From Mobula hypostoma (Eukaryota), in the NCBI RefSeq assembly GCF_963921235.1, contig NC_086097.1, positions 240,686,001 to 240,750,000 on the forward strand: a DNA stretch of 64,000 nucleotides, in the 5' to 3' direction. Shown here piece after piece: positions 40,173 through 53,136 of this stretch. The position numbers were made by a program, and so were the translations under genes. The notes under the pieces were generated by a model that was given only the letters and a program-made list of their open reading frames with translations, searched no databases and had not been told where the DNA came from. Each line of letters begins with the position of its first letter. The first letter of the stretch is position 1.

Positions 40173-40913
40173 CAACACACATCAAAGCTGCTGGTGAACG
40201 CAGCAGGCCGGGCAGCATCTCTAGGAAGAGGTGCAGTCGACGTTTCAGGCTGAGACCCGTCGTCAGGACTAACTGAAGGAAGAGCTAGTAAGAGACTTGA
40301 AAGTGGGAGTGGGAGGGGGAGATCCAAAATGATAGGAGAAGACAGGAGGGGGAGGGATGGAGCCAAGAGCTGGACAGGTGATTGGCAAAAGGGATATGAG
40401 AGGGTCATGGGACAGGAGGCCCGGGGAGAAAGAAAAGGGGGGGGAACCCAGAGGATGGGCAAGGGGTATAGTGAGAGGGACAGAGGGAGAAAAAGGAGAG
40501 AGAGAGAAAGAATGTGTGTATAAAAATAAATAACAGATGGGGTACGAGAGGGAGGTGGGGCATTAGCGGAAGTTAGAGAAGTCAATGTTCATGCCATCAG
40601 GTTGGAAGTTACCCAGACGGAATATAAGGTGTTGTTCCTCCAACCTGAGTGTGGCTTCATCTTTACAGTAGAGGAGGCCGTGGATAGACATGTCAGAATG
40701 GGAATGGGATGTGGAATTAAAATGTGTGGCCACTGGGAGATCCTGCTTTCTCTGGCAGACAGAGCATAGGTGTTCAGCGAAACGATCTCCCAGTCTGCGT
40801 CGGGTCTCGCCAATATATAGAAGGCCACATCGGGAGCACCGGACACAGTATATCACCCCAGCCGACTCACAGGTGAAGTGTCTCCTCACCACCGGACGCA
40901 GAGTATCACCCCA
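40173..40913 (-). mobile_element. Penelope-like (Neptune-type) 3' part: GIY-YIG endonuclease and pLTR
   Basis: FTCESAGVIYCVRCSRCGLLYIGETRRRL.DRFAEH...RLEEQHLIFRLG..QPDGMN; flanking GCCTGAG at 40166-40172 and 40914-40920. Confidence 0.9.
40235..40270 (-). ncRNA. Minimal type-I hammerhead ribozyme (PLE pLTR)
   Basis: Minus strand reads AGUC CUGACGA CGGG UCUCAG CCU GAAA CGUC GACU. Confidence 0.75.
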
Positions 40914-41919
40914 GCCTGAGAGAGGAGTTGGCCAGAATTGATTGGGATGAAGACAGATCAGCAATGGCTGGAATTTCTGGAAGCAATTCAGAAGGCACAG
41001 GATATATACATCCCAAAGAGGAAGAAGTATTGTAAAGGAAAAATGACACAACCATGGTTAACAAGAGAAGTCAAAGCCAACATAAAAGCCAAAGAAAGGG
41101 CATAAAATAGAGCAAAAATTAGTGGAAAGTTAGAGGAATAGAAAGCTTCTAAAAACCAACAGAAGGCAACTAAAAAAGTCATCAAGAAGGTAAAGATGTT
41201 AAAGAAGATACCAAAGATTTCTTCAGATATGTAATGTTAAAAAAAAGAAGTGAGAGTGGATACCAAACCATGAGAACATGATGCTGGAAAGCTAGTAATG
41301 GGAGAAATGACAGATGAAATAAATAAATATTTTGCATCAATCATCACTGTGGAAGACACTTAGCAGCATGGTGGAAGTTCCAGGTGTCAGCAGTCATGAC
41401 ATGTGTGAGGTTACCAAACTAGAGGAGGTTCTTGGGAAACTTAAAGGTCTGAAGGTAAATAAGTCACCTGGACCAGATGGTGTACACCCCAGAGTTCTGA
41501 AAGAGGTGGCTGAAGAGATTGTGGAGGCATTATTAATGATCTTCCAAGAATCATAGATTCTGGAATGGTTCCTAAAGACTAGAAAAATGCAAATGTCACT
41601 CTACTTTTCAAGAAGGGAGAGAGGCAAAAGAAAAGATATTATAGGTCACTTAGTGTAACCTCAGTGATTGGAAAGATATTAGATCGATTATTAAGGATGA
41701 GGCCTCTGGATACTTGGAGGCACATGATAAAATATGCAATATTTAGCATGGTTTTCTCAAGGGAAATGTTGCCTGGCAAATACGTTGGAATTCTTTGAAG
41801 AAATAACAAGCAGGATAGATAAAGGAGAATCAGTTGATTTTGCGTACTTGGATTGTCAGAAGGCCTTTCTCAAAATGCCACTCATGAGGCTGCTTTAACA
41901 AGCTGCAAGGCCGTGGTAT

Positions 41920-42572
41920 CAGAATCAGAATCAGGTTTATTATCGTCGGCATGTGACGTGAAATTTGTTAACTTAGCAGCAGCAGTTCAATGCAATACAT
42001 AATCTAGCAGAGAGAGAAAAAATAATAATAAATAAAATAAAACATAATACATAAACAAGTAAATCAATTACGTATATTGAATAGATTATTGAAAACTGTG
42101 CAAAAACAGAAATACTATATATTTTAAAAAGTGAGGCAGTGTCCAAAGTTTCAAAGTGCATTTAGGAATTGGATGGCAGAGGGGAAGAAGCTGTTCCTGA
42201 ATCACTGAGTGTGTACCTTTAGGCTTCTGTATCTCCTACCTGATGGTAAACAGTGAGAAATGGGCATGCCCTGGGTGCTGGGGGTCCTTAATAAGGGACA
42301 CTGCCTTTCTGAGACACCGCTCCCTAAATATGTCCTAGATACTTTGTAAGCAAGTACCCAAGATGGAGCTCACTAGATTTATAACCTTCTGCAGCTTCTT
42401 TCGGTCCTGTACAGTAGCCCCTCCATACCAGACAGTGATGCAGCCTGTCAGAATGCTCTCCATGGTGCAACGATAGAAGTTTTTGAGCATATTTGTTGAC
42501 ATGCCAAATCGCTTCAAACTCCTAATAAAGCATAGCCGCTGTCTTGCCTTCCTTATGACTACGTCAATATGT
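41920..42572 (-). mobile_element. Rex-Babar LINE 3' fragment
   Basis: KRFGMSTNMLKNFYRCTMESILTGCITVWYG motif; (TCTGAT)n tail. Confidence 0.75.
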
Positions 42573-45500
42573 TACCATTAATAAAGCAGTGGCTGATTGG
42601 CAGGTGGCAAAGAGTGGGAATAACGGGATCCTTTTCTGGTGGCTGCTCGTGATTACTGGTGCTCCACAGGGACCTGTGTCCGGTCCAATTCGTTTTACGT
42701 TATATGTCAATGATTTAGATGATGGAATTGATGACTTTGCTGCAAAGTTTGCAGTCAGGACTAACGAAGAGTCTCAGCCCGAAACGTCAACTGTAGCTCT
42801 TCCTAGAGATGCTGCCTGGCCTGTTGCGTTCACCAGCAACTTTTTATGTGTGTTGCTTGAAATTCCAGCATCTGCAGATTTCCTCGTGTTTGCTGTATTG
42901 TGCTGTAGGTTTTCTACGTTTCTACGTTTCTATGACCTCTCTACCTGTGGCAACAGCTTCAAGGAGTTATGGATCTATATTTCCAGGTCCCCCTGTTCAA
43001 CCACACTCCTCAGTGCCCTACCAGTCACTGTGTAAGTGCTGCCCTGGTTTGTCCTCCCAAAGTGCAACGTCTTGCACTTGTATGCATTGAATTGCATCTG
43101 CCATTTTTCAAGCTGGTCCAGATCCTGCTGCGAGTTTTGATAGCCTTCCTCGCTGTGCTTTAGGATTCATCTTCAGAATCGCTGATGCAGCATTCCAGAG
43201 CAGAAGCATACATAATCTTCCTCAAGTTTCAGATTCCCAATAGATTTCCACCACATTTCCAGCAATCATAGATGGATGTACGTTAAAAATTCCAGATGTC
43301 AAGGAGTGGAAGTGGGAAAGTGACAGAAGATACTCCAGATTTCATTGCTAGTTATAGAGCTCTGAGATGGGATCCATGTAACCACAACAACCACTAACTC
43401 TACCAGCAAGAGTCTTACGAAATTAAACCCACACTTGGACATTCTTGAGCTCCGCAAAGCCTCAGGTAAATTTCAATTGAGTAAGCCCATTGTAAAAATC
43501 CACCAGGAGAGATGGCAATGGATTACAATTGCCCTGCTTTTGTCAAAGTTCACTTTGTAAATACCACAACACCCCCAGCTCAGCAAGGAACATTCATTCA
43601 CTCTGATCTTAAAGCAAACTTCTTATTTTATCAAGAAACCAACTCGCTGCTCATGCCTTTGGGGTGGAAGTATAGTGAAAGGAGCTTGTGTTCCGGGCTA
43701 AAACCCAGCTTTATTGCATCCACTTGTTCATACTGTGGCTGTCCAAATAGAACATGCAGTGAGAATTAAGTACGTATCATGCATTATCTGTGGAGAAGTT
43801 GCACAATGTCTATTCACAGGCCCACAATATATGTGCACCCAGAGGCATAATATTACTATTAATTCTCTATTCAATTAACCACGCTATGTTGGTGATTCAC
43901 TCTGTGTATATTGCCACAGGCAATAATCAATCATTCACATTTCACCTGACAGCTTTGGGAAAATATAAGTGTTCTCCCAGGTAATGGGCCTTTTAATATG
44001 ATTTACAAGGTAGAGATGCTCCAAGATCAGTACCTTCTCCAGAACGAGAAACGGATAATCTTTTGTATTGCTATGGATTGGTCAGACCACTGGGAAAAAA
44101 ATGATTCTGATGAAAAATTCACAACCTAAAACGTTACCACCAATTCTCTCTCTACGGATGCAGCTTGACCTTCTATGTATTTTTAGCATTTTCTGCTTTG
44201 TTTGTCAGCAGAATCCATATTACACCCACGTTCCAAATGGGTACAGGTTCGTAGGTTAATTGGTCACAGGGGTGTAAGACCAGGGCGTCACAGTAGTGTA
44301 GTGGTTAGCACAACGCTTATAGTACCAGGGACCCTGATTCAATACCCGCTGCTGCCTCTAAGGAGTTTTTACGTTCTCTTTGTGACCACGTGGGTTTCCT
44401 CCCGCACTCCAAATCGCAAGTGGTGCAGGCAAGCTCGACTTCAAAGCTTAAGAGAAGTTTGGCTGGGCACATGATGGTGGGGGTACGGAGGGCTATGGTC
44501 CTGGTGCAGGTCGATGGGAGTAGGTGGTTTAAATGGCTCAGCATGGACTAGATAGGCTGAAGGGCCTGTTTTGGTGCTGCATTTTTCTATGACTCTATGA
44601 CCCCATCGGGGACAAAGTTCAATCCCTGAAGCTGCCTGTAAGGAGTTCATACATTCTCCCTGCGACCACATGGGTTTCCTCCCACAGTCCAAAGATATAT
44701 CGGTTGGTGGGTTGTTAGTTGTCTGGTGATTAGGCTAGGATTGTTGGGCGGTAGATCTCAATGAATACATAAATAAGACATAGGAGCAGAATTCGGCCGT
44801 TCAGCTCATTGAGTTTTCTCTATCATTCCATCATGGCTAAATTATTATCCCTCTCAATCCCATTCTCCAGCCTTCTCCCTGTAATTAGGAGGTGCAGGCT
44901 CGTTGACCCGGAAGGTCCTGTTATTGTGCTGCATCGTTACACTAAACTAAATATTGATTTATATTGCTAAATTAGAATCCTGGGAACATTTGTTCCCATT
45001 ATCAAAAAGCTCTTGTGAAAATCTGTGGTAAATGTTGGCAATGCCACACCAGGTCAAGTGGTACATACTCGGAAAAAAAAGATCACTTCAGTTATGTTTT
45101 CTCCAAACTCAATATTTTACATTCTAAATATATCTATCATGTGCATAGTTTCTTGGAATACAGATATTAGGCTCCACTTCATAACAACTTGCTTTGTGGC
45201 TACATAGAAACTTAGGACGACTGATCTGTGTGTAACAAGCTGTAAGGTTTCACTGTTAAGGATAATGTAATGGCTTCTATATAATGCTCCACTGTTAAGG
45301 TAATAGTTTCTCTGTAGCAGCAATGTTTGGGTTATGGCCAGAGATAACGGGGCTTTGGCATGCAGGGGTTAGCCAATGAGGAAATGTTGTTCTTTCTTGT
45401 GCGTCTGGAAGCCAGTATTTCGCGGTCTTTCATCGGGGAGTGATGGAGAGAGAGAACGCGAATGGAGAGAGTCAGAAGACCACCTGGCGTAGTGGACTGA

Positions 45501-45949
45501 GGAGCGAGGGTCTGAGGGACGGCGACGCTCGGAGGAAGTCGATGGTTGATGAATAGCTGTACCAGTGAGCTCCAACGATGTGCAATAGACATTTTTCCTT
45601 AAAATGGGCTATTTTTATTTTTATTTTCTTTACTAACCCTCTATCCAGATTAAGATTTATAAAGTTCAATCAGTTAATTGCATATGGTGTACTGTTGGAT
45701 ATTTTGCGGTGCGGATTTGTAACTGGGCAACACATCACGCAGCATCCACACAAAGGAGATTTCTCAGTTTGGCGGGGCCAAGAGTTGTTTTCCCCCAGGC
45801 GAACACATGCTGGCTGAGCCTGAGGATTACAATTGTGGGGGCTCATCCGGGATGAATTTCGTGGGATGCTGCATGATTGCCCCGAGCATTGAACCAGTGG
45901 GCTGTGTGTTTAAATCTGTGCTGGTATGGATGCTGCTGGGGTGGAGCCT

Positions 45950-46337
45950 CATGGAGTTACCAATTACTAATGCATGTGTATTGAGTGGGGTGGATATTCG
46001 TACTCCGGGTGAATTGTTAATTCGATTTTTGAGTGTGGTTAAAGCTATTGGCAAAGTTGAAATTGTAACAAAGAGTTTTGATAAAATGGCGGGCTCAGAC
46101 CTTTTTTTAGTTCAGACTAGCACTGACATAATGGCAGTAGGACTGCCAGCGTCTATCGGTGCCCCAGGTGAGGCGGGGCCATGGCCTGTCCATACTGTCA
46201 GGGAGGAGGAGAAGGTAGTCGAGTGGGCTGAGTCACAAGTTGAGTTTTCCATAGCTGGGGGCAGAGACTTCAAAGACAGAGCTGCTTTTGAGGAAGTACA
46301 TGGCTGCATTGGGCCGATACTGAATTTAAACGAGTGA
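45950..46337 (+). pseudogene. PNMA/Ma-like Gag N-terminal remnant
   Basis: NACVLSGV...IGKVEIV.K.FDK.....LVQ.....LP..I.....GPWPV resembles the N-terminal domain of PNMA-type Gypsy Gag (recognised by eye). Confidence 0.55.
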
Positions 46338-46900
46338 CTGTGTGGTTCACCCAGTCGAAGCCACTGATGGTCCAGCCTGGGGTGGTAACAAGAGTGATGG
46401 GGCCCCTCAAATTCCCCAGAGTGCCTGAGGGCAGGGCCCTCTTAGTGGACGCTCCTGAAGACCTCGAGGGGGATGCTCCTGGTGCATCTGTTCCTGGTGA
46501 CGGCAATGTCCAGTGTCCCTGTGGGAGAAACTACAGGAGAAAAGGGGGAAGTTGACAGCAAAGATAGAGGCAGTTACCACTTGGCCAAGTCCCCACACTG
46601 TGAGTGCTCTGCGCTCGTTCCTCGGGTTCTGTGGTACATGCTGCCTTTTGCTAACTCCCCATTGATTGAGGAAGAGACTCGCCAGTGCCTGCGAGTTGGT
46701 AGAGGAGATTGTGACAGAGTGTAAAACCTACTGTGTTGGGGAGCTAAGTCACTGCCTTTTGCACCTGGATTGGACTTTGTGTTTTGCAGGAAGGGTTGGC
46801 GAATTATCTCAACGTCATGAAGACATTACTAAATTCGGTGGGGGGAGAGTTTAACACGCTGTAAGGCTTCACTGTTGAAGCTAATGTAATGGCTTCTGTG

Positions 46901-47435
46901 TGTAACATGCTGCAAGGTTTCACTGATAACGTAATGGTTTCTCTGTAGCAGCAATGTTTGGGTTATGACTAGAGATAACGGGGTTTGGTATGCTGTTGTT
47001 CTTTCTTGTGAGCTGGAAGAGAGATGTTCACGGTCTTTTGCCGGGGAGAGATGAGGAGAGAAGACATGAATGGAAAGAGTTGGTGGACGGCTGGATGGAA
47101 TAGACTTGGAGTGAGGGTCCGAAGGGCAGCGACGATCGGAGGAGGTCGATAGTGGACAATCGGATTATCAGTGAGCCAACATTGTGCAACAGGCTGTTTA
47201 ATAAGATTGGGCCCTTTTTTTCTTTTATCCATTTCTTTACTAACCACATAGTCAAAGTAAGAATTATAAAGCTTCATCGTTTAATTGCATATTGTGTACT
47301 GTTTGTTATTTCAGGGTACTGATTTGTAACAGGGGACTCATCACGCAGCATCCACCCAAACGAGATTTCTTAAATTTGACCAGGCTGGGGGCTATCACCC
47401 CCTATATTAAGCCGCTAGCCGAAGCAAGAGTTACA
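46901..47435 (+). mobile_element. Solo LTR of a related family inserted in the 3' LTR
   Basis: TGTAAC...GTTACA termini; flanks TGTG and TATG; homologous to, but diverged from, the host LTR. Confidence 0.85.
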
Positions 47436-49821
47436 TATGTAATGTTCCACTGCTACGGAAATGGTTTTTCTGTAGCAGCAATGTTTAGGTTATGGCTAGA
47501 GATAACGGGGCTTTGGGATGCAGGGGTTAGCCAATGAGGAAATGTTGTTCTTCCTTGTGTGTCTGGAAGCCGGATGTTTCGCAGTCTTTCGTCGGGAAGC
47601 GATGGAGGGAGAGGACACAAATGGAGAGAGTCAGAAGACCACCAGACGGAGTGGACTGAGGAGCGAGGGTCCGAGGGACAGCTATGCTTGGAGGAAGTCG
47701 ATGGTTGATGAATAACCGTACCAGTGAGCTCCAATGATGCGCAATAGATTTCTTTCTTAAAATGGGCCCTTTTACTTTTTTATTTTCTTTACTAACCCTT
47801 TATTCAGATTAAGATCTATAAAGTTCAATCATTTAATTGCATATGGTGTACTGACTGATATTTTGCTTTGCGGATTTGTAACCGGGAAACACATCACACA
47901 GCATCCACACAAACAAGATTTCTCAGTTTGGCGGGGCCAGAAGTTGTCTTCCCCCAGATGAACACGTGCTGGCCGAGCCTGACGGTTACATGTGTTATTG
48001 CTGGCAGTTGAGAGTTTATTTAAAGAGATAGTTTTATACTTTTATACTTAATACTTCATTGTCGCCAAACAATTGGTACTAGAACGTACAATCATCACAG
48101 AGATATTTGATTCTGCTCTTCACACTCCCTGGATTACAAATATTAAATATTAAAAATATTAAAAATAGTTAAAATTGGTAAATATTAAAAATTTAAATTA
48201 GAAGTCATAAATAGAAAATAGAAAAATGGGAAGTAAGGTAGTGCAAAAAAACCGAGAGGCAGGTCCGGATATTTGGGGGGTATGGACCAGATCCGGGTCA
48301 GGATCCGTTCAGCAGTTTTGTGCACTGTTTTATTCTATATTAATTAATCAAGCATTGTTCAGAGCTACAACCTGACAGACTGAAAATTAGACACCAACGT
48401 GAATCTGTGAAAAGTCTGACATTTTAAATATTGGAAACTATTTATTAAATATCATGTACAAAGCTAAGTGGGAATCAATTAAAACCAGAAGAATTAATGC
48501 TTAGGCAGCAAGGTTAACGTTTCAAAAATAGGAGCTAATGTGATATGCAAAAACATTGGAAAATATGAGCAATTTTCTGATGTTGCATTCTTGAGTGTAT
48601 TGAAACATTGCAGCAATGGTCCACCATCAATCCTGGCAGATTTATGACCCCTCTCAACCCCATTCTTCTGCCTTCTCCCCGTAAATGGGTGGAGCAGGTT
48701 CAATCCAGCAATCGATTGGGCAGTTGAGAGTCAGGGGTCACCCAGTTATTAAGTTTAGTAAGTCATTTAGAGTTCAGGGGCAGAGCTGGGGTTTCACCAC
48801 AATTTGGCGGAAGAAATTCCCCTTTATCTCTGTTCTATAGGGACATCCTTCTACTCTGAGGCTCTAGTCCAATATGGACTAGAATGGAAACATCCTCTCC
48901 ACATCCATGCTATCTAGGCCTTACAGTATTCAGTAGGTTTCAATGAGGTCCCCCTCTTATTCTTCTAAACTCTAGAGACATCAAACGCTCCTCATACATT
49001 AACTCTTTCATTTCCCTGAGACCATCACCATTGGCAGCACATACTCTCTTAGACGTGGGGCCCAAAAATGTTAATAGTTGCCTGATACTCAGTCATCCTA
49101 AGACCTTGCTGTCCAAATCTAAGCTGCTAAACCCTGGCACGATCTCCCACCGGTACATAACCCAGATAAGTGTGGGTGTGCATTGACCTTGGGTTGCTGA
49201 CCGACATCCAGCCCACCGACTGCTTGAGTTGAGGAACAACGCACTCAGTCTTTTTCCCAAGGTTGGAGATTCAGGAACCAGAGAACATAGGCTGAACAGA
49301 AGATGAGAAGCATTTAACACAAGCATAAAGGGCAACTTTTGCTTTTACACAGAAGGTGGTCTGTCAAAACCAAAGTTGAGTTTATTGTCATATGCACAAG
49401 TACACGCAAATAATCGCTCTCTCGTTTGTGTCTAATACTGGCAGAGGATGGTGCCAGAGTCCTGGGTCTCGGACAAGGTTTAATTGACACAGTTTATAGA
49501 TTGGACTCCTTAGTTCACATTATGATGTTTCTGGTCGATCTTTTTTGTTGCTACTTTGTTTTTGCTTGGGGCAGACTGCAGATAATGGACAGCACAGCAC
49601 TGGATTGAACTGAACTGAATATACCTGGACTGGTTGGATGATTTGTGGTTTGGCATTTTATACTCTGTGTTCTTCACTTACTTTTTTGCCATTTGCACGA
49701 TTTGTTCTTTTTTCACGTTGGGAATCTGACGTTTTCCTTTGAACAGGTTCCATGTTTTTTTTTTACTTTCTTTGTTTATGGCCATCTGTGGGAAGACAAA
49801 TCTCAAGGTTGTATACTGCAT

Positions 49822-49967
49822 CATAAACAAGAGAAAATCTGCAAATGTTGGAACTCCAAGCAACACACACAAAAGGGTGGAAGGGTCGCAGCCCGAAATG
49901 TCGACTGTACTTTTTTTCCATAGATGCTACCTGGCCTGCTGAGTTCCTCCAGCATTTTGTGTGTGTT
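49822..49967 (+). mobile_element. Penelope-derived mini-element (inverted plus direct pLTR pieces)
   Basis: 15-bp TSD GGTTGTATACTGCAT at 49807-49821 and 49968-49982; partial hammerhead CCCGAAATGTCGACTG. Confidence 0.8.
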
Positions 49968-50795
49968 GGTTGTATACTGCATATATACTTTGACAATAAG
50001 TGTATTTTGACATGGACATGTATGCACGCGTGCAATGAAACACTTGCAGAAGCATCACATAGGTAGCATTTACAAAAAAGATAAATTAAACATAATATAT
50101 ACACAATTTTAACAACCGGAACAAAAGAAGTCCATTTTAGTGCAAAAATAAAAAGAGTGATCATCATTTTATTAAACTTATGGTTAGCATTTTGCCAGGT
50201 GGTTCAAGAACCAAATGGTTGAAGTAGTTGTTCTTGAACCTGCTGGTATGGGACTTCAGGCTTCTGTAATTTCTGCCTTGCTGCTGTAGTTGTGAGAAGA
50301 TGGCATGGCCCAGATGGTGGTGGGGATCTTTGACAATAGATGATTTTGAGCCATCACCTCCTGTAGATGCTAGCAATGGTGGGGAGGGACAAGGCCAGAG
50401 GACCAGAAGATACGGGACCAGAATTAGGCAACTGGCCTATTGAATCTGGCTGCCATTTCGTCATGGCTGATCCATTTCCCGCATAGCTCCAATCTCCTGC
50501 CTTCTCGTATCCCTTCATGCCTTGACTATTCAAGTATTTATCAACCGCTGCCATAAATATAGCCAGTGACTTTGGCCTCCATGGCTGTCCATGGCAAAGA
50601 ATTCCACAGGTTTATCACTCTCTGGGTAAAATATGTCTGTGGTGTATTGGGCAGAGTCCACTATTTTGTATAGTGTGCATTCAAATTGCTGTTCCAGACT
50701 ATGATGCAACCAGTCAAGATCATTGATGGGTGTGCTTTGGATTAACATAACTTGTCCCTAATGAAAAAGTTAACATGAGAAAGTCTGCATCCAAA

Positions 50796-51192
50796 GCAAC
50801 ACACACAAAATGCTGGAGGAACTCAGCAGGTCAGGCAGCATCTTAGGAAATGAATGAACAGTCGACGTTTCCTGTTAAAAAAAAAATCCCTCCCCCTCCT
50901 CTTCCACTCGCCATTCTGGCCTTTTACCTCTTCTCAGCTGCCTATCATTTCCTCCTGGGTCCCCTCCTCCTCTCCTCTCAGATTCCTTCCTCTCCAGCCC
51001 TCTACCTTTCACACCCACCTGACTTCACTGTCTAACCAACCTCCATCCCCTCCCCCCAACATTTTATTTGGGCATCTTCCACCTTCTTTTTCAGTCCTGA
51101 TGAAGGGTCTCAGCCCGAAACGTCGACTGTTTATTCATTTTCAAAGATACTGCCAGGCCTGCTGAGTTCCTGCTGCATTTTCTGTGTGTTGC
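50796..51192 (+). mobile_element. Penelope-derived element bounded by inverted pLTR segments
   Basis: 50796-50871 is an imperfect inverted copy of 51117-51192. Confidence 0.75.
51092..51129 (+). ncRNA. Intact minimal type-I hammerhead ribozyme
   Basis: CAGUC CUGAUGA AGGG UCUCAG CCC GAAA CGUC GACUG; predicted cleavage after C51124. Confidence 0.8.
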
Positions 51193-51743
51193 CATGAATC
51201 TATGGATGTCGCATCAGGAAGAGTATCATCATATGTGCATCCAATGCAGAAAATGAGGTATTCGGGTCCTGTTGAATTTGAAGAGCATTGGCAGAAAGAG
51301 CCATGCACAAAGAGCTACGCAAGGTTATCACATTACCACTGAATTTTCAGCTATTTCTTTCTAGCTTCTTAATGTTTTCTTCTGGATTCATTTTGTTAAA
51401 CCAGTCAAACTCCATGCGAAGCAAAATAACCAAGGCAACTGAAACGTGGTGACTGAATGTCAATCATTCTTCTTTGTGTGGAGTTTCAAGACACAGGAGC
51501 AGAATTAGGCTATTTGGCCCATCAAGTCTGCTCCGACATTTCCTCATGGCTGATCCATTTCCGTCTCGGCCTCAGTCTCCTGCCCTCTCCTCATATTCCT
51601 TCATGCCCTGACGAATCAAGTTTCTATCAAACCCTGCCTTAAATATATCCAATGACTTGGCCTCCACGGCCGCCTGTGGCAACAAATTCCACAGATTCAC
51701 CACCCTTTGGCTAAAGAAATTCCTGCCCATCTCTGTTCTAAAT

Positions 51744-52060
51744 ATAAATAAAGGCATCCGTTAGTCTTGCCAGACCATACATCTGTGCCTGGGAACTCTT
51801 CACTCTCCAGGGCGCAGGCCAGGGCGAGGTTGTATGGAAGACCAGCAGTTGCCCATGCTGCAAGTCTCCCCTCTCCACGACACCAATGTTGTCCAAGGGA
51901 AGGGCATTAGGACCCATACAGCTTGGCACCGGTGTCGGCACAGAGCAATGTGCGATTAAGTGCCTTGCTCAAGGACACAACACATTGCCTCGGCTGGGAC
52001 TCGAATTCACGACCCTCAGGTCACTAGTCCAATGCCTTAACCACTTGGCTACGTGCCCAC
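51744..52060 (-). mobile_element. tRNA-derived CORE-like SINE
   Basis: Reverse copy of 22501-22804; TSD TCTAAAT at 51737-51743 and 52062-52068. Confidence 0.85.
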
Positions 52061-52609
52061 ATCTAAATGACATTTCTCTATTCTGAGGTTGTGTAATATT
52101 TTGGTGGTTATATAAATGAAACTGGCTATCACTTTCCAAAATGTGGAAGGACCTGATTCTCTTTACAAAAAGGACTGAATGAATCAAGTACTAATTGTAT
52201 GAACTAGGATTAGGGGATTTTTATTTGTATTTCTGTGAAATGAGTTTTGGTTCTCTCTATTTTTCTCTTTTAGTTAATGTTCCCAACAGTTAGCATTAGA
52301 TTTTGCTAAATTATCTTATTCCATCTGCAATATGCAGTCAGTCAGTAGTTATAAACAGTTATTTTTAGCTTCTCAAAAGTGGGTGTAGGATGTCAATCAA
52401 TGCGTATGTGTGTGTGGATACAGAATTGAATTTTTTGCATTTTGCTCAGTATTGCTTAATAGCCGTTGTATGTTTTCAAAGATAGATTTTAAAACAAACT
52501 AAGACTTGCCAAATCATCACTGAACAGGCTTTAGCAATCAAGAGGTTTTAAGCCAGTGCTTGGTTACTGTAAACAGGATATCAGGAAGGCAGTGGAATAA
52601 CTAGTAATA

Positions 52610-53136
52610 GAGTCATAGAAAAGTACAGCACAGAAACAGGCCATTTGGCCCATCTAGTCCATGCAAACCATTTAAACAACCTACTCTCATTGACCAGCAT
52701 TGGGACCATAGTCTTCCGTACCACTAATATCGATTTACCGAACCAAGCTTCTCCTAAACGTTGATATTGAGCTTGCAGGCACCACTTGTGCTGGCAGCTC
52801 GTTCCACACTCCCATGTCTCCCTGAGTGAAAAACTTTTCTCTTATGTTCACCTTACACTTTTCACCTTTCATGACCTCTGGTTGTAGTCCCACCCAACAT
52901 CAGTGGAAAAAGCCTGCTTGCATTTACCCCATCTATACCCCTCATAATTTTGTATATGTCTATCACATCTCCCCTCAACCTTCTATGTTCTAAGGAATAA
53001 AGTCCTAACCTATTCAACCTTTCCTTATAACTCATGTTCTCCAGTTCTGGCAACATCCTTGCAAATCTTCTCTGTACTCTTTCAACCTTATTTACACCTT
53101 TCCTGTTGGTCGGGGGCCAAAACTGCACACAATACT
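52610..53136 (-). mobile_element. CR1 3' fragment
   Basis: YCVQFW...ERVQRRF.RMLP...TRGH motif. Confidence 0.8.

Larger units (their letters stand above)
35133..42752 (+). mobile_element. Old CR1 ORF2 split by nested insertions (35133-35836, 39884-40172, 40914-41919, about 42575-42752)
   Basis: GDFNMQV|DWENQ and NYRGL|REELARIDW are continuous across the inserts; KSPGPDGVHPRVLKE and PQG motifs follow downstream. Confidence 0.85.
45231..47990 (+). mobile_element. Small non-autonomous Gypsy LTR element with truncated PNMA-like gag
   Basis: 5' LTR 45231-45831; 3' LTR 46850-46900 plus 47436-47990; TSD TGTG (45227-45230, 47991-47994); PBS TGGGGGCTCATCCGGGAT (45836-45853, tRNA-Pro); PPT GGGGGGAGAG. 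Confidence 0.9.
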
